Shown here one piece after another: positions 28,895 through 39,675 of a stretch of DNA of 64,000 nt (the first letter of the stretch is position 1; each line of letters starts with the position of its first letter). Source of the DNA: an uncultured Spirochaetota bacterium (lineage in GTDB: Bacteria > Spirochaetota > Brevinematia > Brevinematales > JAOACQ01); contig CAWAOD010000012.1 in assembly GCA_963783575.1 (NCBI GenBank), forward strand, positions 1 through 64,000, read 5' to 3'. The notes under the pieces were generated by a model that ran no database searches, was not told where the DNA came from, and was given only the letters and a program-made list of their open reading frames with translations. The translations under genes were made by a program, and so were the position numbers.

Positions 28895-29824
28895 ATGAAT
28901 AGATTGTTTCTAATAATCACATTATTATTTATTTATATAACATCCGTTTATGCTCAGGAGGCTTCCGATTTTACGGTTGAACTCCAGTTTTACAGGCAGA
29001 CTTATCATTTAAATGAACCGATACCGGTAATGATTAATATAATTAATACATCAGATAAGCCTTTATCTTTTTTCCTGTCGCCACTGATCTATGAATCTTT
29101 TATATTTTCACTCAGAACGCCAAGAAATGAAGTGATACCGTATCTCGGTGAATTTGAAGTTGAGATGAAAGATAACAAATCATCAAGCGGGGAATTCAGG
29201 GAAATAAAATTACTCCCACGGGAATCATTTTCCAGGGTGATCGATATTTCAAAATGGTTCGATATTAGAGAATCGGGTTATTACTATATTAACGGGATTT
29301 TTCATCAGAATCCGGATAACAAATCGGAATTCATCGAATCATTCAACTACAAAATATTTATAAAACCTCCGGAAATGGTTGAAATTGAGCTTTCTGCCGA
29401 AGAGCAATCACAGATTTCCAATATGGAAGCTGTTCAAAAACTGCCGCCTTACGATGTAATACAGGATTTGCTGGACGCTAAGATGAAAAAGGATTGGGAC
29501 AGGTTTTTAAGCCATATCGATTCCGAAAGACTTATAATGTCCTTCCAGGATTATTACAGCGCTTATCTTAACGCGAGCAGCGGCAGATACCGGCTGGAGA
29601 TCATAGAAGATTTTAAAAAATATTTGACCGTACACTGGCAGGACAGGATATTAAGCTATAAATTAGTTGAAAGCCAGATTAAAGAGGATAAAGCAACTGT
29701 AATCTGTGATGTCGATTATAAAATGAAGCTATATTCCTATACAATGGAATACACTTTCAGCCTTTACAAAAATCATCTCAATCAATGGCAGGTTTATGAT
29801 TATACCGCTTTAAAAATTAAATAA
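28895..29824 (+). CDS. Exported hypothetical protein
   Basis: Signal peptide ending VYA; beta-rich N-terminal region. Confidence 0.75.
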   Translation: MNRLFLIITLLFIYITSVYAQEASDFTVELQFYRQTYHLNEPIPVMINIINTSDKPLSFFLSPLIYESFIFSLRTPRNEVIPYLGEFEVEMKDNKSSSGEFREIKLLPRESFSRVIDISKWFDIRESGYYYINGIFHQNPDNKSEFIESFNYKIFIKPPEMVEIELSAEEQSQISNMEAVQKLPPYDVIQDLLDAKMKKDWDRFLSHIDSERLIMSFQDYYSAYLNASSGRYRLEIIEDFKKYLTVHWQDRILSYKLVESQIKEDKATVICDVDYKMKLYSYTMEYTFSLYKNHLNQWQVYDYTALKIK

Positions 29825-29853
29825 AAATTTATGAAATAAATAAAGGATTAATA

Positions 29854-31068
29854 ATGCTGATTTACCCTGTATCTGGCAATAGTAACAATTTGGAAGACAT
29901 AATAATAAAAATCGGCTGCTCGGAAAAATCAAAAAACATATTTCCTAAAAAATTCGACACCCTGCCTATTAAAATAAACGGCATTAAAGCGCCAATGGCA
30001 AATATCATAAAACAGGAAATGATTTCCTGCAAAGGCGATGCCGTTGTCCATTCACTGACAATAGCCTGTGCCATAAAAACTACCGACATACTATTGCTCG
30101 GCAATTTATCAATTTATGAGAATTTCATCGAAAAAATGAAAATTCAGGATTCACATACATTAACTGAGCTTGCGAAGAATCTCAAAGAAGTTTTAGCTGC
30201 AATCATTAACAAAAACGGCATTCAGAAGACCAGGAATAATAAGATTTTGAATTATACCAGACCGGTAATAATGGGAATTCTTAATATTACTGATGATTCA
30301 TTTTATGATGGCGGAAAATTCAGTAATTATGAAAAAGCTTTGAAACATTGCGAAGAAATGATTCATGCCGGTGCTGATATTATCGATATCGGGGGAGAAT
30401 CCTCACGGCCAGGCGCGGAGCCTGTATCCGTGCAGGTGGAACTGGACCGGATAATCCCGATTGTAAAAGAAATCAGCAAGAATTTTAAAGCAATTATTTC
30501 CGTGGATTCATGCAAATCTAAAGTCGCCGAAGAAGCATTGAAAGCCGGGGCCGATATAATCAACGACATCAGCTCATTCCGGTTTGATCCGGATATGGCC
30601 GGTGTTGTAAAAAAATATGGAGCGCTGGCAGTTTTGATGCATATGAAGGGTACCCCGAAGAATATGCAGGAAAATCCCGAATATTCAGATGTTATCAGTG
30701 AATTGATAGAATTTTTTGACGAAAGGATCAGCTTTATAAAAAATTATGGAATTGATGTAAACAGCATGATAATCGATCCCGGAATCGGATTCGGAAAGAG
30801 TCTTAATCATAATAAAGAAATATTAAGACATCTATCTTCATTTAAAAAATACGGACTGCCTGTAATGATTGGAGCTTCCAGAAAGTCCTCAATCGGGATG
30901 ATCCTTAATGATACCGATATTCCAAAAGAAGCCTCAAGCCCATCGGAAAGATTATACGGCACACTTGGCGCCAACGCGTTTGCTTTTTTTATGGGCGCTG
31001 ATATTTTCAGGGTTAATGACGTAAAGGAAAATTATGAGCTATTAAAAGTAATGAATTCTATAAAGTAA
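29854..31068 (+). CDS. folP: Dihydropteroate synthase with N-terminal extension
   Basis: MGILNITDDSFYDGG, DIGGESSRPG, DPGIGFGK, GASRKS. Confidence 0.95.
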   Translation: MLIYPVSGNSNNLEDIIIKIGCSEKSKNIFPKKFDTLPIKINGIKAPMANIIKQEMISCKGDAVVHSLTIACAIKTTDILLLGNLSIYENFIEKMKIQDSHTLTELAKNLKEVLAAIINKNGIQKTRNNKILNYTRPVIMGILNITDDSFYDGGKFSNYEKALKHCEEMIHAGADIIDIGGESSRPGAEPVSVQVELDRIIPIVKEISKNFKAIISVDSCKSKVAEEALKAGADIINDISSFRFDPDMAGVVKKYGALAVLMHMKGTPKNMQENPEYSDVISELIEFFDERISFIKNYGIDVNSMIIDPGIGFGKSLNHNKEILRHLSSFKKYGLPVMIGASRKSSIGMILNDTDIPKEASSPSERLYGTLGANAFAFFMGADIFRVNDVKENYELLKVMNSIK

Positions 31069-31107
31069 TGGCTTTATTTTTTCGAAAATATAATATTAGA
31101 GGTTTTT

Positions 31108-32283
31108 ATGCTTGATTATAAATTCACCTCAGATTATAAATTTAAAAAACTGGATAAAGATTTTAATAAATGTTTTAAATCAATCAGGAGATTGGACAAT
31201 AATAAAAAACCTCACAAATTAGCCGCTTTATTAAAAGGTATTTTTACAATTTTTAAATTTCCGGGGATCAAAAATTTTTCTATTTCCAATAGAATGCCTG
31301 ATTTTATTAGAAAACCGAGTCTCAAGAAAAATATTTTATTACCTTCATTAATTGCTGTTCTTATCATAACAGTTTTATTGATAATATTTTTATCCTTTAA
31401 ACCTCAGCAAAAAATCGATAATTACGGCATCTCATATATCGGAAAAGTTAAAATCCAGGAAGAATTTGATTCTATGGCCAATCCGGAAGGTTCGGGCGGT
31501 AACGAAATAAAGTCTTTTGACACTAACAGTTCCGAATTGAAGTTTTTTTTCTATAAAATTAAACAGGGTGAATCCCTTTACACCATTTCCAAAAAACTCG
31601 GTATGAGTATGGATACCCTGATCAGTTTAAATAGCCTGGAAAACGCGCATAACCTTGGTGAAGGAAAGAGGATAATTGTTCCGAATCTTCAGGGAATATT
31701 GTATTCAGTGAAAAAAAACGATTCTGTTGAGGAAATATCGAAAAAATATAAGATTGCCAAGGCAGATATCCTTGATGCAAATGATCTTGAGGACGAATCC
31801 ATAGCCGAAGGACAGATTTTATTTCTTCCCGGTGCCCAGCTTACCGAAATGGAAAGGGCTAAGGCTCTCGGTTATTTATTTATGAAACCTCTTTTTGGAA
31901 GGCTTACATCCGGTTTCGGTATACGCAGAGACCCTTTCACAGGCGGTACAGGCTATCATCCTGGGATAGACATTTCAGCCCCGATCGGTACTCTGGTCAA
32001 AGCCTCAAAAGAAGGCCGTGTTATCTTTACGGGATGGAACGGCGGTTACGGCAAATGCATTATTATCCAGCACCAGTTTGGATTTGAGTCGGTTTATGGA
32101 CACCTTTCCAGCATCGGCATACAGAAAGACACATGGGTCAAGGCCGGTCAATATATCGGGCGTGTTGGTTCAACCGGCTATTCAACAGGGTCTCATCTTC
32201 ATTTTGAAATAAGAAAATTCGGAAGGCCGACAAACCCTCTCCGTTTAGGCGGTTTGATGAAAGGCCGGGGAATGTGGTATTGA
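31108..32283 (+). CDS. LysM and M23 peptidase domain protein
   Basis: Two LysM repeats; HPGID and HLHFE. Confidence 0.92.
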   Translation: MLDYKFTSDYKFKKLDKDFNKCFKSIRRLDNNKKPHKLAALLKGIFTIFKFPGIKNFSISNRMPDFIRKPSLKKNILLPSLIAVLIITVLLIIFLSFKPQQKIDNYGISYIGKVKIQEEFDSMANPEGSGGNEIKSFDTNSSELKFFFYKIKQGESLYTISKKLGMSMDTLISLNSLENAHNLGEGKRIIVPNLQGILYSVKKNDSVEEISKKYKIAKADILDANDLEDESIAEGQILFLPGAQLTEMERAKALGYLFMKPLFGRLTSGFGIRRDPFTGGTGYHPGIDISAPIGTLVKASKEGRVIFTGWNGGYGKCIIIQHQFGFESVYGHLSSIGIQKDTWVKAGQYIGRVGSTGYSTGSHLHFEIRKFGRPTNPLRLGGLMKGRGMWY

Positions 32284-32398
32284 ACCCGCATTAACAATAA
32301 TCTATTTTCTTCCATATAAAGAAATTATATGATAAAATATTTCAATAACAATAAAACATATTATAATTTAAGAATTGTAATATTCGGGATTATAACTC

Positions 32399-33349
32399 AT
32401 GGATCAAATACTTTTATACCTCTTGCAGAATCAAAATATTTATGTATCCGGAGAAGATATAGCCAGTAATTTCTCTATTTCCAGAACGGCTGTCTGGAAG
32501 CATATTGAAAGGGCAAGAAAACTTGGTTTTGAGATTGAGTCCAATAATAATAAAGGATATTTAATAAAAAAAATCCCGGAAGATAAAATTATCCCGGAAG
32601 TTGTGGAATATTTTTATCAGGGTAAACTTCCTTTTGAAATGATTGTTCTGGATTCGGTCGATTCGACAAATAATTACGCAAAAAAGATTGTAATAGACGG
32701 CAGGGTTGATGATTTTATTGTCACTGCAGACAGCCAATTAAACGGTAAGGGAAGGCTTTCAAGAAAGTGGGAAAGCGAACAGGGAAAAGATTTAACATTT
32801 TCTCTCAATTTATTGCTGAACAGAACAATAAATGAATTTTATCAATATACAATTACAGCGGCTTTGTCTGTTTTTGAGGTTCTATCGGATATCCTGAGAT
32901 CAAATCCCATTGATATAAGAATTAAATGGCCGAACGATATATATGTAAACCGTAAAAAGATCTGCGGCATCCTTTCGGAAATGATTACCGAAGGCTTGCT
33001 GATCAAGAATATAGTCATTGGAATAGGCGTAAATATAAACTCTAATCCGGCTTTAACCAGCGCCATATCAATAAAAAACATTTTAAATACGGGGACCGAT
33101 AAAAATCTGATCTTTTCATTAATAATTAAAAAATTGTATGAAAACCTTTTATTTGTTAAAAACAACGATTTTAATAATGTTTTTTTAAGATGGAAAACCA
33201 ATCTAGGGTGGCTGGGAGAGGAAATAAAACTGGATCTGGGCGACGAAATTATAACCGGCATTCTGAAGGATATTAACAGCGATGGTGCTGTTATTATTTC
33301 AAACAATGGCTTTGACCGGGTTTTCTATACCGGGGATTTGATAACATAA
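32399..33349 (+). CDS. birA: Bifunctional biotin ligase/repressor
   Basis: HTH SGEDIA..SRTAVWK; STN, GKGR, KWPND, KICGIL. Confidence 0.95.
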   Translation: MDQILLYLLQNQNIYVSGEDIASNFSISRTAVWKHIERARKLGFEIESNNNKGYLIKKIPEDKIIPEVVEYFYQGKLPFEMIVLDSVDSTNNYAKKIVIDGRVDDFIVTADSQLNGKGRLSRKWESEQGKDLTFSLNLLLNRTINEFYQYTITAALSVFEVLSDILRSNPIDIRIKWPNDIYVNRKKICGILSEMITEGLLIKNIVIGIGVNINSNPALTSAISIKNILNTGTDKNLIFSLIIKKLYENLLFVKNNDFNNVFLRWKTNLGWLGEEIKLDLGDEIITGILKDINSDGAVIISNNGFDRVFYTGDLIT

Positions 33350-33352
33350 ATT

Positions 33353-34747
33353 ATGGAAAAATACCTTTATACATATAAAAAAAAGAAAATCAAGATAAAT
33401 ACCGTATTAGTCTTTCCCAACAGTTATTTTATTGGAATGTCAAATCTCGGTTATCAGGCCGTTTTTCATCTGTTGAACTCCAATCCCCGGATAAATTGCG
33501 AAAGGGCCTTTCTTGAGAAAGGAACCCCTAAAATCAAGACCCTGGAATCCGGAAGGGAAATCTCACTATTTGATGTTATTTTGGTCTCAATCTCATATGA
33601 AACCGATCTGTTAAATTTGATCAAAGTTTTACAAATGTCGGGTATCGAAATACATAATGACAGAAGAAATTCCCCGCTTATAATTATAGGAGGAATTGCA
33701 ACAACAATTATACCATATTACTTGAAAACCATTGCCGATATAATTGTATCAGGCGATGCCGATTTGTTGCTGCCAATCTTATTCAAAGTCATCCTGGACT
33801 ATTACCCGGGTAAACCGAAATTTGAAATTTTGGATAAGTTGTCAGATATTCCGGGAATTTACCCCTATAATATAATTAACTCCGATACACTCTGTTACCA
33901 GAGGCCTGAGCCGGATAGCCGGAAACCTGTTCATTCCGTTATTCTGACCGATAAAACGGAATTTTCAAACAGGGGCTTGATTGAAGTGTCTAAGAGCTGC
34001 CTTTTTAACTGCTCATTCTGCCTTGTAACAAATGCTTACGGCCGGTATTATCCGCTTCCGTCGGATGAAATTTTAACCGCTGCACAGAGATTCATACCTT
34101 TTACAAATAAAATCGGGCTTGTGGCGGCTACTTTAACGAACCATCCGGATTTTAAAATGATCATTAAGGAATTAAATAAAATGAAATTTCAGGTTTCATT
34201 CTCAGCCTTCAGGATTGAAGGCCTTGATGACGAACTTCTTGAACTAATCGTAAATAATGAAAATAAGACTCTGGTAATTGCTCCCGAAGCGGCAACAACG
34301 GAATTGAAAAATGAAATCAATAAAATCATTCCGAATGAATTGATATTATCAACAATCAGCAGGGCTTGCGGTCTCGGTATAAAAAGACTCAAACTCTATT
34401 TTATAATAGGGTTACCCGGTGAAAAACAGGCTGATATAGATGAAATTATCAGACTTATTGAAGATATCCGCAAAATATCTTTACAAAATGTAAAAGGTTT
34501 CGGTTATATTCCGGAGATTATTATTGACATCAATCCTTTAGTACCAAAGCCGCTTACCCTTTTTCAAGGTTATCCTATGGAAGATATACAAATTTTAAGA
34601 AAAAAAATTATTTATCTGAAAAATAAATTAAGGGGATTGGGAAGGACTTTTGTTTATGGTGAAAGTCCAAAAGAAGCTTTACTCCAATATCAAATTGCCA
34701 ACCATACTATTGAGATAGATAAATTGATAGATCAATTTGAGCTTTAA
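33353..34747 (+). CDS. Radical SAM protein with B12-binding-like N-terminal region
   Basis: FPNSYFIGMSNLG; CLFNCSFC; APEA; KLYFIIGLPGE. Confidence 0.85.
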   Translation: MEKYLYTYKKKKIKINTVLVFPNSYFIGMSNLGYQAVFHLLNSNPRINCERAFLEKGTPKIKTLESGREISLFDVILVSISYETDLLNLIKVLQMSGIEIHNDRRNSPLIIIGGIATTIIPYYLKTIADIIVSGDADLLLPILFKVILDYYPGKPKFEILDKLSDIPGIYPYNIINSDTLCYQRPEPDSRKPVHSVILTDKTEFSNRGLIEVSKSCLFNCSFCLVTNAYGRYYPLPSDEILTAAQRFIPFTNKIGLVAATLTNHPDFKMIIKELNKMKFQVSFSAFRIEGLDDELLELIVNNENKTLVIAPEAATTELKNEINKIIPNELILSTISRACGLGIKRLKLYFIIGLPGEKQADIDEIIRLIEDIRKISLQNVKGFGYIPEIIIDINPLVPKPLTLFQGYPMEDIQILRKKIIYLKNKLRGLGRTFVYGESPKEALLQYQIANHTIEIDKLIDQFEL

Positions 34748-36266
34748 ATTAAAGGAGCCGGTAATGTCATTGCAAGTCAAACTTTCTATTTCACTTATAC
34801 GAAGCAATCCGCTATCTTTTATTTTAATTTCCATAATAATTTTTCTTTTGCAATTTAGAATTATATTTGGGGATACAAATCAGATTGGGGTTTCAGAACA
34901 AAAAATACCGCTTGTTAAGACTATTGTAGCCGGATATTCAGTTAAAAACCGAACTATTCAGCTTATTCAGATTGGAAAAGATGAAGTTAAAACAATATTG
35001 TATCTGGGGGTTTTTCATGGAAATGAACCTCAGGGCAAAGATTTACTGGAAAAATTTCTGGAATATTTAACTTTAAATCCTGATATTTATAAAGGAATAA
35101 AAATATTAATTATGCCTCTGGTTAACCCCGACGGTTTTTCATTAAAAAAGAGAACCAATGCGAGGGGAGTTGATATTAACAGAAATTTCCCTACATCGGA
35201 CTGGAGAAAAACATATACAATGGAAAGGTATAAGCCTGGAAAAAGACTGCCGGAACCTGAAACAAGAACAATCATAAGCATTCTAAAGCAAAACTCACCG
35301 GATGTTATCATATCGATACATTCACCGCATCGCTGTATTAATTATGACGGACCCGCAAAGGATCTTGCCGATTTAATGGCAAGATACAACCATTATCCCG
35401 TTAAGCCGACAATGGGTTACCGCACACCCGGTTCTTTCGGTACATATGCCGGAAAGGAAAGGAATATACCATGTATAACTCTGGAATTATCCAGGCAAAA
35501 TCCCGATTATGCCTGGAAGCAAAATAAAGAAGCTTTGCTTGCGCCAATATATTATCTTCAGCAAATTATCACAAATATAGCTTTTATGGATTTCAGCGCT
35601 AAAGGTGATATTGACCGGGTAGAAAATTTATTAAACAGTGGATTCCCGGTTAATGAAAAAGATAAATACGGCTGGAGCGGACTGATGTATGCCGTTTATT
35701 ACGGAAGGAACAATACTGCCGAATTGCTGGCAGACAGGGGAGCGGATTGCAATATCAGCGATAATCTTGGATGGAATCCACTTATTATAGCATCACAAAA
35801 GGGAAATAAATATTTAGTTAATTTATTAATTAACAAGGGAGTGTCGATAGATATAAAAGATAATTTCGGATCAACGGCTTTAATGGAAGCGGGCAGGAAC
35901 GGTTATAATGAAACTGTAAAAATCCTTATAAAAAATGGCGCAGATACAACCATTAAAGATGATGAAGGCAAAACATCCCTTCTGGATGCTGCCAGGGAAA
36001 ATTATCTATTAACTGTAAAAGCCCTGATTGAAGGCGGTGCGGATGTAAATGAAAGAAGCAGTTCAGGCAGAACGCCTCTTATCGAAGCGTCTCTTTACGG
36101 TTATTCAACTCTTGTTAGATTTCTTCTGAAGAAGGGCGCGGATCCTTTCATAACCGACAATCAGGGGCATACAGCTTTGAAAGAAGCGCAACTGGAACAT
36201 AACACAAAAGTTGCCGCCTTTTTAAAAAAATTTCAATCTAAATACAAAAGTAATAATCATATGTAA
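34737..36266 (+). CDS. M14 zinc carboxypeptidase (MpaA-like) fused to ankyrin repeats
   Basis: HGNE, NARGVDINRNFP, SIH, TLEL; about six G.T(P/A)L..A ankyrin repeats; start uncertain. Confidence 0.85.
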   Translation: MSFKLKEPVMSLQVKLSISLIRSNPLSFILISIIIFLLQFRIIFGDTNQIGVSEQKIPLVKTIVAGYSVKNRTIQLIQIGKDEVKTILYLGVFHGNEPQGKDLLEKFLEYLTLNPDIYKGIKILIMPLVNPDGFSLKKRTNARGVDINRNFPTSDWRKTYTMERYKPGKRLPEPETRTIISILKQNSPDVIISIHSPHRCINYDGPAKDLADLMARYNHYPVKPTMGYRTPGSFGTYAGKERNIPCITLELSRQNPDYAWKQNKEALLAPIYYLQQIITNIAFMDFSAKGDIDRVENLLNSGFPVNEKDKYGWSGLMYAVYYGRNNTAELLADRGADCNISDNLGWNPLIIASQKGNKYLVNLLINKGVSIDIKDNFGSTALMEAGRNGYNETVKILIKNGADTTIKDDEGKTSLLDAARENYLLTVKALIEGGADVNERSSSGRTPLIEASLYGYSTLVRFLLKKGADPFITDNQGHTALKEAQLEHNTKVAAFLKKFQSKYKSNNHM

Positions 36267-36300
36267 AAAACAAATTGAATTAATAGCCAGAGGCCGGAAT

Positions 36301-37681
36301 ATGAAAATAACATCAACCACCCTGTTTTTTTTACTGCTTACAATATCAGGTTTCTGCAGCTTTACTGAAAGATCAAATGATGGAAAAATACTATCGAATG
36401 TTGAAATGGTACAATGGATTATTGACACAATATCTTACAATCGTGAGGAAGAAATAGACAATTCTTTATTACAGCACCCTTCATGTTTTTTCAAACATCA
36501 ACCTGAGTGAAGCATATTATACAGCCGGACTGGATTTCTATGATCGAAGACTGAAGATGCTGGCATATAAATCCTTTAATAAGGGTTTTTCAATAGACAC
36601 TTCCGTTAAAGATTCCGTTAATATTTCTGAAAATGATTTCATAATTGATGAATCTGATAAATTTAAATGCGGTTACCAGGCCGCAAAAATTTTATACCAG
36701 ATAGGGAAGAGAATTGAAGCCCTGCATATTGTGAATAAAATTATGGAGATCAGCAATATTGAACCCGGATTAAAATATATAGCTTCGCAGTTTAAACAAA
36801 GAATTTCTTGGGAATATATTTCCAGGAGCGAGGGTTTACCGAATGAAAGCATCAGTGATATGAAATGGGAAGGAAATAATTTATGGATCGGGATGTGGAC
36901 AGGCGGACTCGCGAAATATTCCGGAGATTCACAACAGCTCACAATTTATCGAAATAAAAGGAATGGTTTGATTTCACCGCAGGTCAGGAATATAATGGTA
37001 GCAGGAAATAAAATCTGGATCAGCACATATGACGGACTTTGTTATTATGATACAAAGAAAATCCGCTGGGTCAGGGAAAAGGGTAAATTGGGACATTCCC
37101 TTGTTAAAATGATAAAGATAGTTAACAGCGATTATTACGCTTCCATTCTGGGAAGCGGTTTGTACCGCTATGACAATAAAAAAAACAGGTGGCAGCTGTT
37201 CTTTAATAAATCCAGGCAGGTAACCGACTTTTTGGAATTTAATAACAAGCTTTATCTATCAACACTTGATCATGGATTATTCGTTTATAAAAATAATAAT
37301 TTTGTTAATATCACTGGAAATTACTGTATTAAGACACTATGCGGCTTTGACGGAATGATATGGGCCGGTACTCACAGTAAAGGGATATTGCTCATAAATA
37401 ACAATGATATGATTGAAAAAGAATTGACTGTAAAAGACGGTTTATCTTCTGATTATGTTGAAACAATTGAAAGTATAAGCAATAAATTATTAATAGGTAC
37501 TCTCGGCGGCGGGGTCTGCATCTTTCACCCGGAAACCGGCAATTTTTACATAATGGACATTAAACAGGGACTTCCCGGCAATGATGTAATTCGGATTGCT
37601 TTTAAAAACAACAAAATCTGGTTCGGAACAATTTCCGGAGGGATTGGTATCCTCCTGACAGAAAACTATAAGGATATATAA
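36301..37681 (+). pseudogene. Exported beta-propeller protein split by a frameshift near 36486-36491
   Basis: Signal peptide in ORF 36301-36510; GLP/GLS..WIG repeats in ORF 36557-37681; dropping one T from the T6 run joins the frames. Confidence 0.65.
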
Positions 37682-37683
37682 TT

Positions 37684-39294
37684 ATGAAGATTGCTTTAAA
37701 AGAAGATATTTATAGAATCGACCGCCTATGCCATGAAAATTTTCATATACCGGTTTCAATTCTTATGGAAAATGCAGGGATAGCAGTTTACACATTTATT
37801 CTGGAAAATTTACGGGAATATTTGGGCAAGAAGTTTTTATTTCTATGCGGAACAGGAAATAATGGCGGAGATGGTGCCGTTGCAGCCAGAAAGTTAATTC
37901 TCGACGGCTGCATTGTCAGTGTAATTTTAGCCGATTCGATATCATCCATTAAGGGCGATGCAAAAACGAATTTTGATATTCTCAACGATTTAAAATGCCG
38001 GTTTATCCTTTTAAAAGATATTGACAAAATAGAAAGTTTTATTCCCAATTTTGACATTATAATTGACGCGGTTTTCGGTATAGGATTCCATGGAGAACCT
38101 GACTCTGAGATTTCAGGGTTATTTAAGGCAGTCAATCATTCAGGCAAAACGATAATATCCGTTGATATCCCCTCGGGCGTATATGCGGGAGGAGGCGCTT
38201 CAAAAGATGCGATAAAAGCTGACTTTACAATTACATTAGGACTCCCCAAGCTCGGTATGATTGACTTCCCGGGCCGTGAATTTACCGGTAAAAGGATTAT
38301 CAATAAAATAAATATTCCTGATTCACTATTAAACGATAAAATAATGATAAATAATTTGATTACCGATGAAGAAATATGCAATATTTATCAGCCCAGGATA
38401 AGAAATACGTATAAAGGAAGCTATGGTCATCTTCTCATTATCGGGGGCAGCGCCGGTAATATCGATAACGGCGATCCGGGTATGAGCGGAGCGGTCATTA
38501 TTGCCGGAACAGCGGCTTTAAGAGCAGGAACGGGTTTATTGACAATAGCATGCGAGGATAAAAATTCTATCCCCGTTAAAACAAGCCTTCCGGAAGCGCT
38601 GACTTTAGGGATTGACCCGACGGATTTGGAAAAATCAATTCAATGCCTCAATAAATATATCATTAAAAGAAAAATAAAAAGCGTTCTTTTTGGAAATGGA
38701 TTTGGAACCGGGGAGTTTCAAATGAGAATGTTGAAGTATATACTTGAGGAAAAGCAAATAAAAAAACTGGTGATTGATGCCGACGGCTTAAATATACTCG
38801 CTAATTATCCCGAAATGAAGAAAATTATGAAAAAAAGCGGCAAGGAAATAATTTTGACCCCGCATATCGGAGAGATGGCAAGGCTTGTAAATACTGAAAC
38901 AGGTCTTATAATAGCAAATAAAATTAAAACGGCCGGAGAATTCTCCTCCGAATTCAATTCAGTTGTCATATTGAAAGACTCAATCAGTGTAATAGCCGGG
39001 TCCGGAGAAATCTGGCTGAATGAAAAAGGGAGCTCTTCCCTGGCAAAAGGCGGCAGCGGTGATATACTGGCCGGACTTATAGCAGGGCTTTTCGAGTCCG
39101 GTTATTCTGCGTTAAATTCTTCAATTCTTGGAATATATATCCTTAGCCGCGCCGGAGAAATTTATGATGACCGTTTTGGAACAGAATCCGCCCTTTCAAG
39201 AGATATATTATCTTTAATACCGGATGTCTGGAAATTAATTTATAAAGATTTCTCTTCAGATAAGACTTTTATTAAAAAAGGAATTATGGGTTAA
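37684..39294 (+). CDS. nnr: Bifunctional NAD(P)H-hydrate epimerase/dehydratase
   Basis: LMENAG, GNNGGDG, DIPSG; KGSYGH, VIDADGL, TPHIGE, GGSGDILAG. Confidence 0.95.
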   Translation: MKIALKEDIYRIDRLCHENFHIPVSILMENAGIAVYTFILENLREYLGKKFLFLCGTGNNGGDGAVAARKLILDGCIVSVILADSISSIKGDAKTNFDILNDLKCRFILLKDIDKIESFIPNFDIIIDAVFGIGFHGEPDSEISGLFKAVNHSGKTIISVDIPSGVYAGGGASKDAIKADFTITLGLPKLGMIDFPGREFTGKRIINKINIPDSLLNDKIMINNLITDEEICNIYQPRIRNTYKGSYGHLLIIGGSAGNIDNGDPGMSGAVIIAGTAALRAGTGLLTIACEDKNSIPVKTSLPEALTLGIDPTDLEKSIQCLNKYIIKRKIKSVLFGNGFGTGEFQMRMLKYILEEKQIKKLVIDADGLNILANYPEMKKIMKKSGKEIILTPHIGEMARLVNTETGLIIANKIKTAGEFSSEFNSVVILKDSISVIAGSGEIWLNEKGSSSLAKGGSGDILAGLIAGLFESGYSALNSSILGIYILSRAGEIYDDRFGTESALSRDILSLIPDVWKLIYKDFSSDKTFIKKGIMG

Positions 39295-39654
39295 TAAATC
39301 TATCTTATTAATGATATTTTTATAATACAACGGCAGATCGATGAAATATATGTTATTCAAGCTTATTGATTCCATATACTTTTCTTCAAAAAGATGGTTT
39401 GAAACATATAGAATTGGTGTTTGTCCATTTTCCCTGATCTTTTGTGAAAACTTTATGGCTTCCCATAAAGCATGAAAATCGATTAAAATAATTTGAGGCT
39501 TATATTTTAAATACAGATTAAAAGCATCGCCGCTGTTTTTCGCGACAAGCAGTTTCTTAACTTTATTTACAAGATATTCAGAGATTAAAATCCTCAGTTC
39601 TTCATTATCTTCAGCATAAAGCAATGTAATATCAAACATTCCCTTGATTTTCAT
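39256..39654 (-). CDS. Single-domain response regulator (atypical receiver)
   Basis: LLYAEDN and IILID present; the conserved KP appears to be replaced (DLP). Confidence 0.75.
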   Translation of the reverse strand: MKIKGMFDITLLYAEDNEELRILISEYLVNKVKKLLVAKNSGDAFNLYLKYKPQIILIDFHALWEAIKFSQKIRENGQTPILYVSNHLFEEKYMESISLNNIYFIDLPLYYKNIINKIDLLTHNSFFNKSLI

Positions 39655-39675
39655 ATGTCTTGCTTCCTTAAATAA

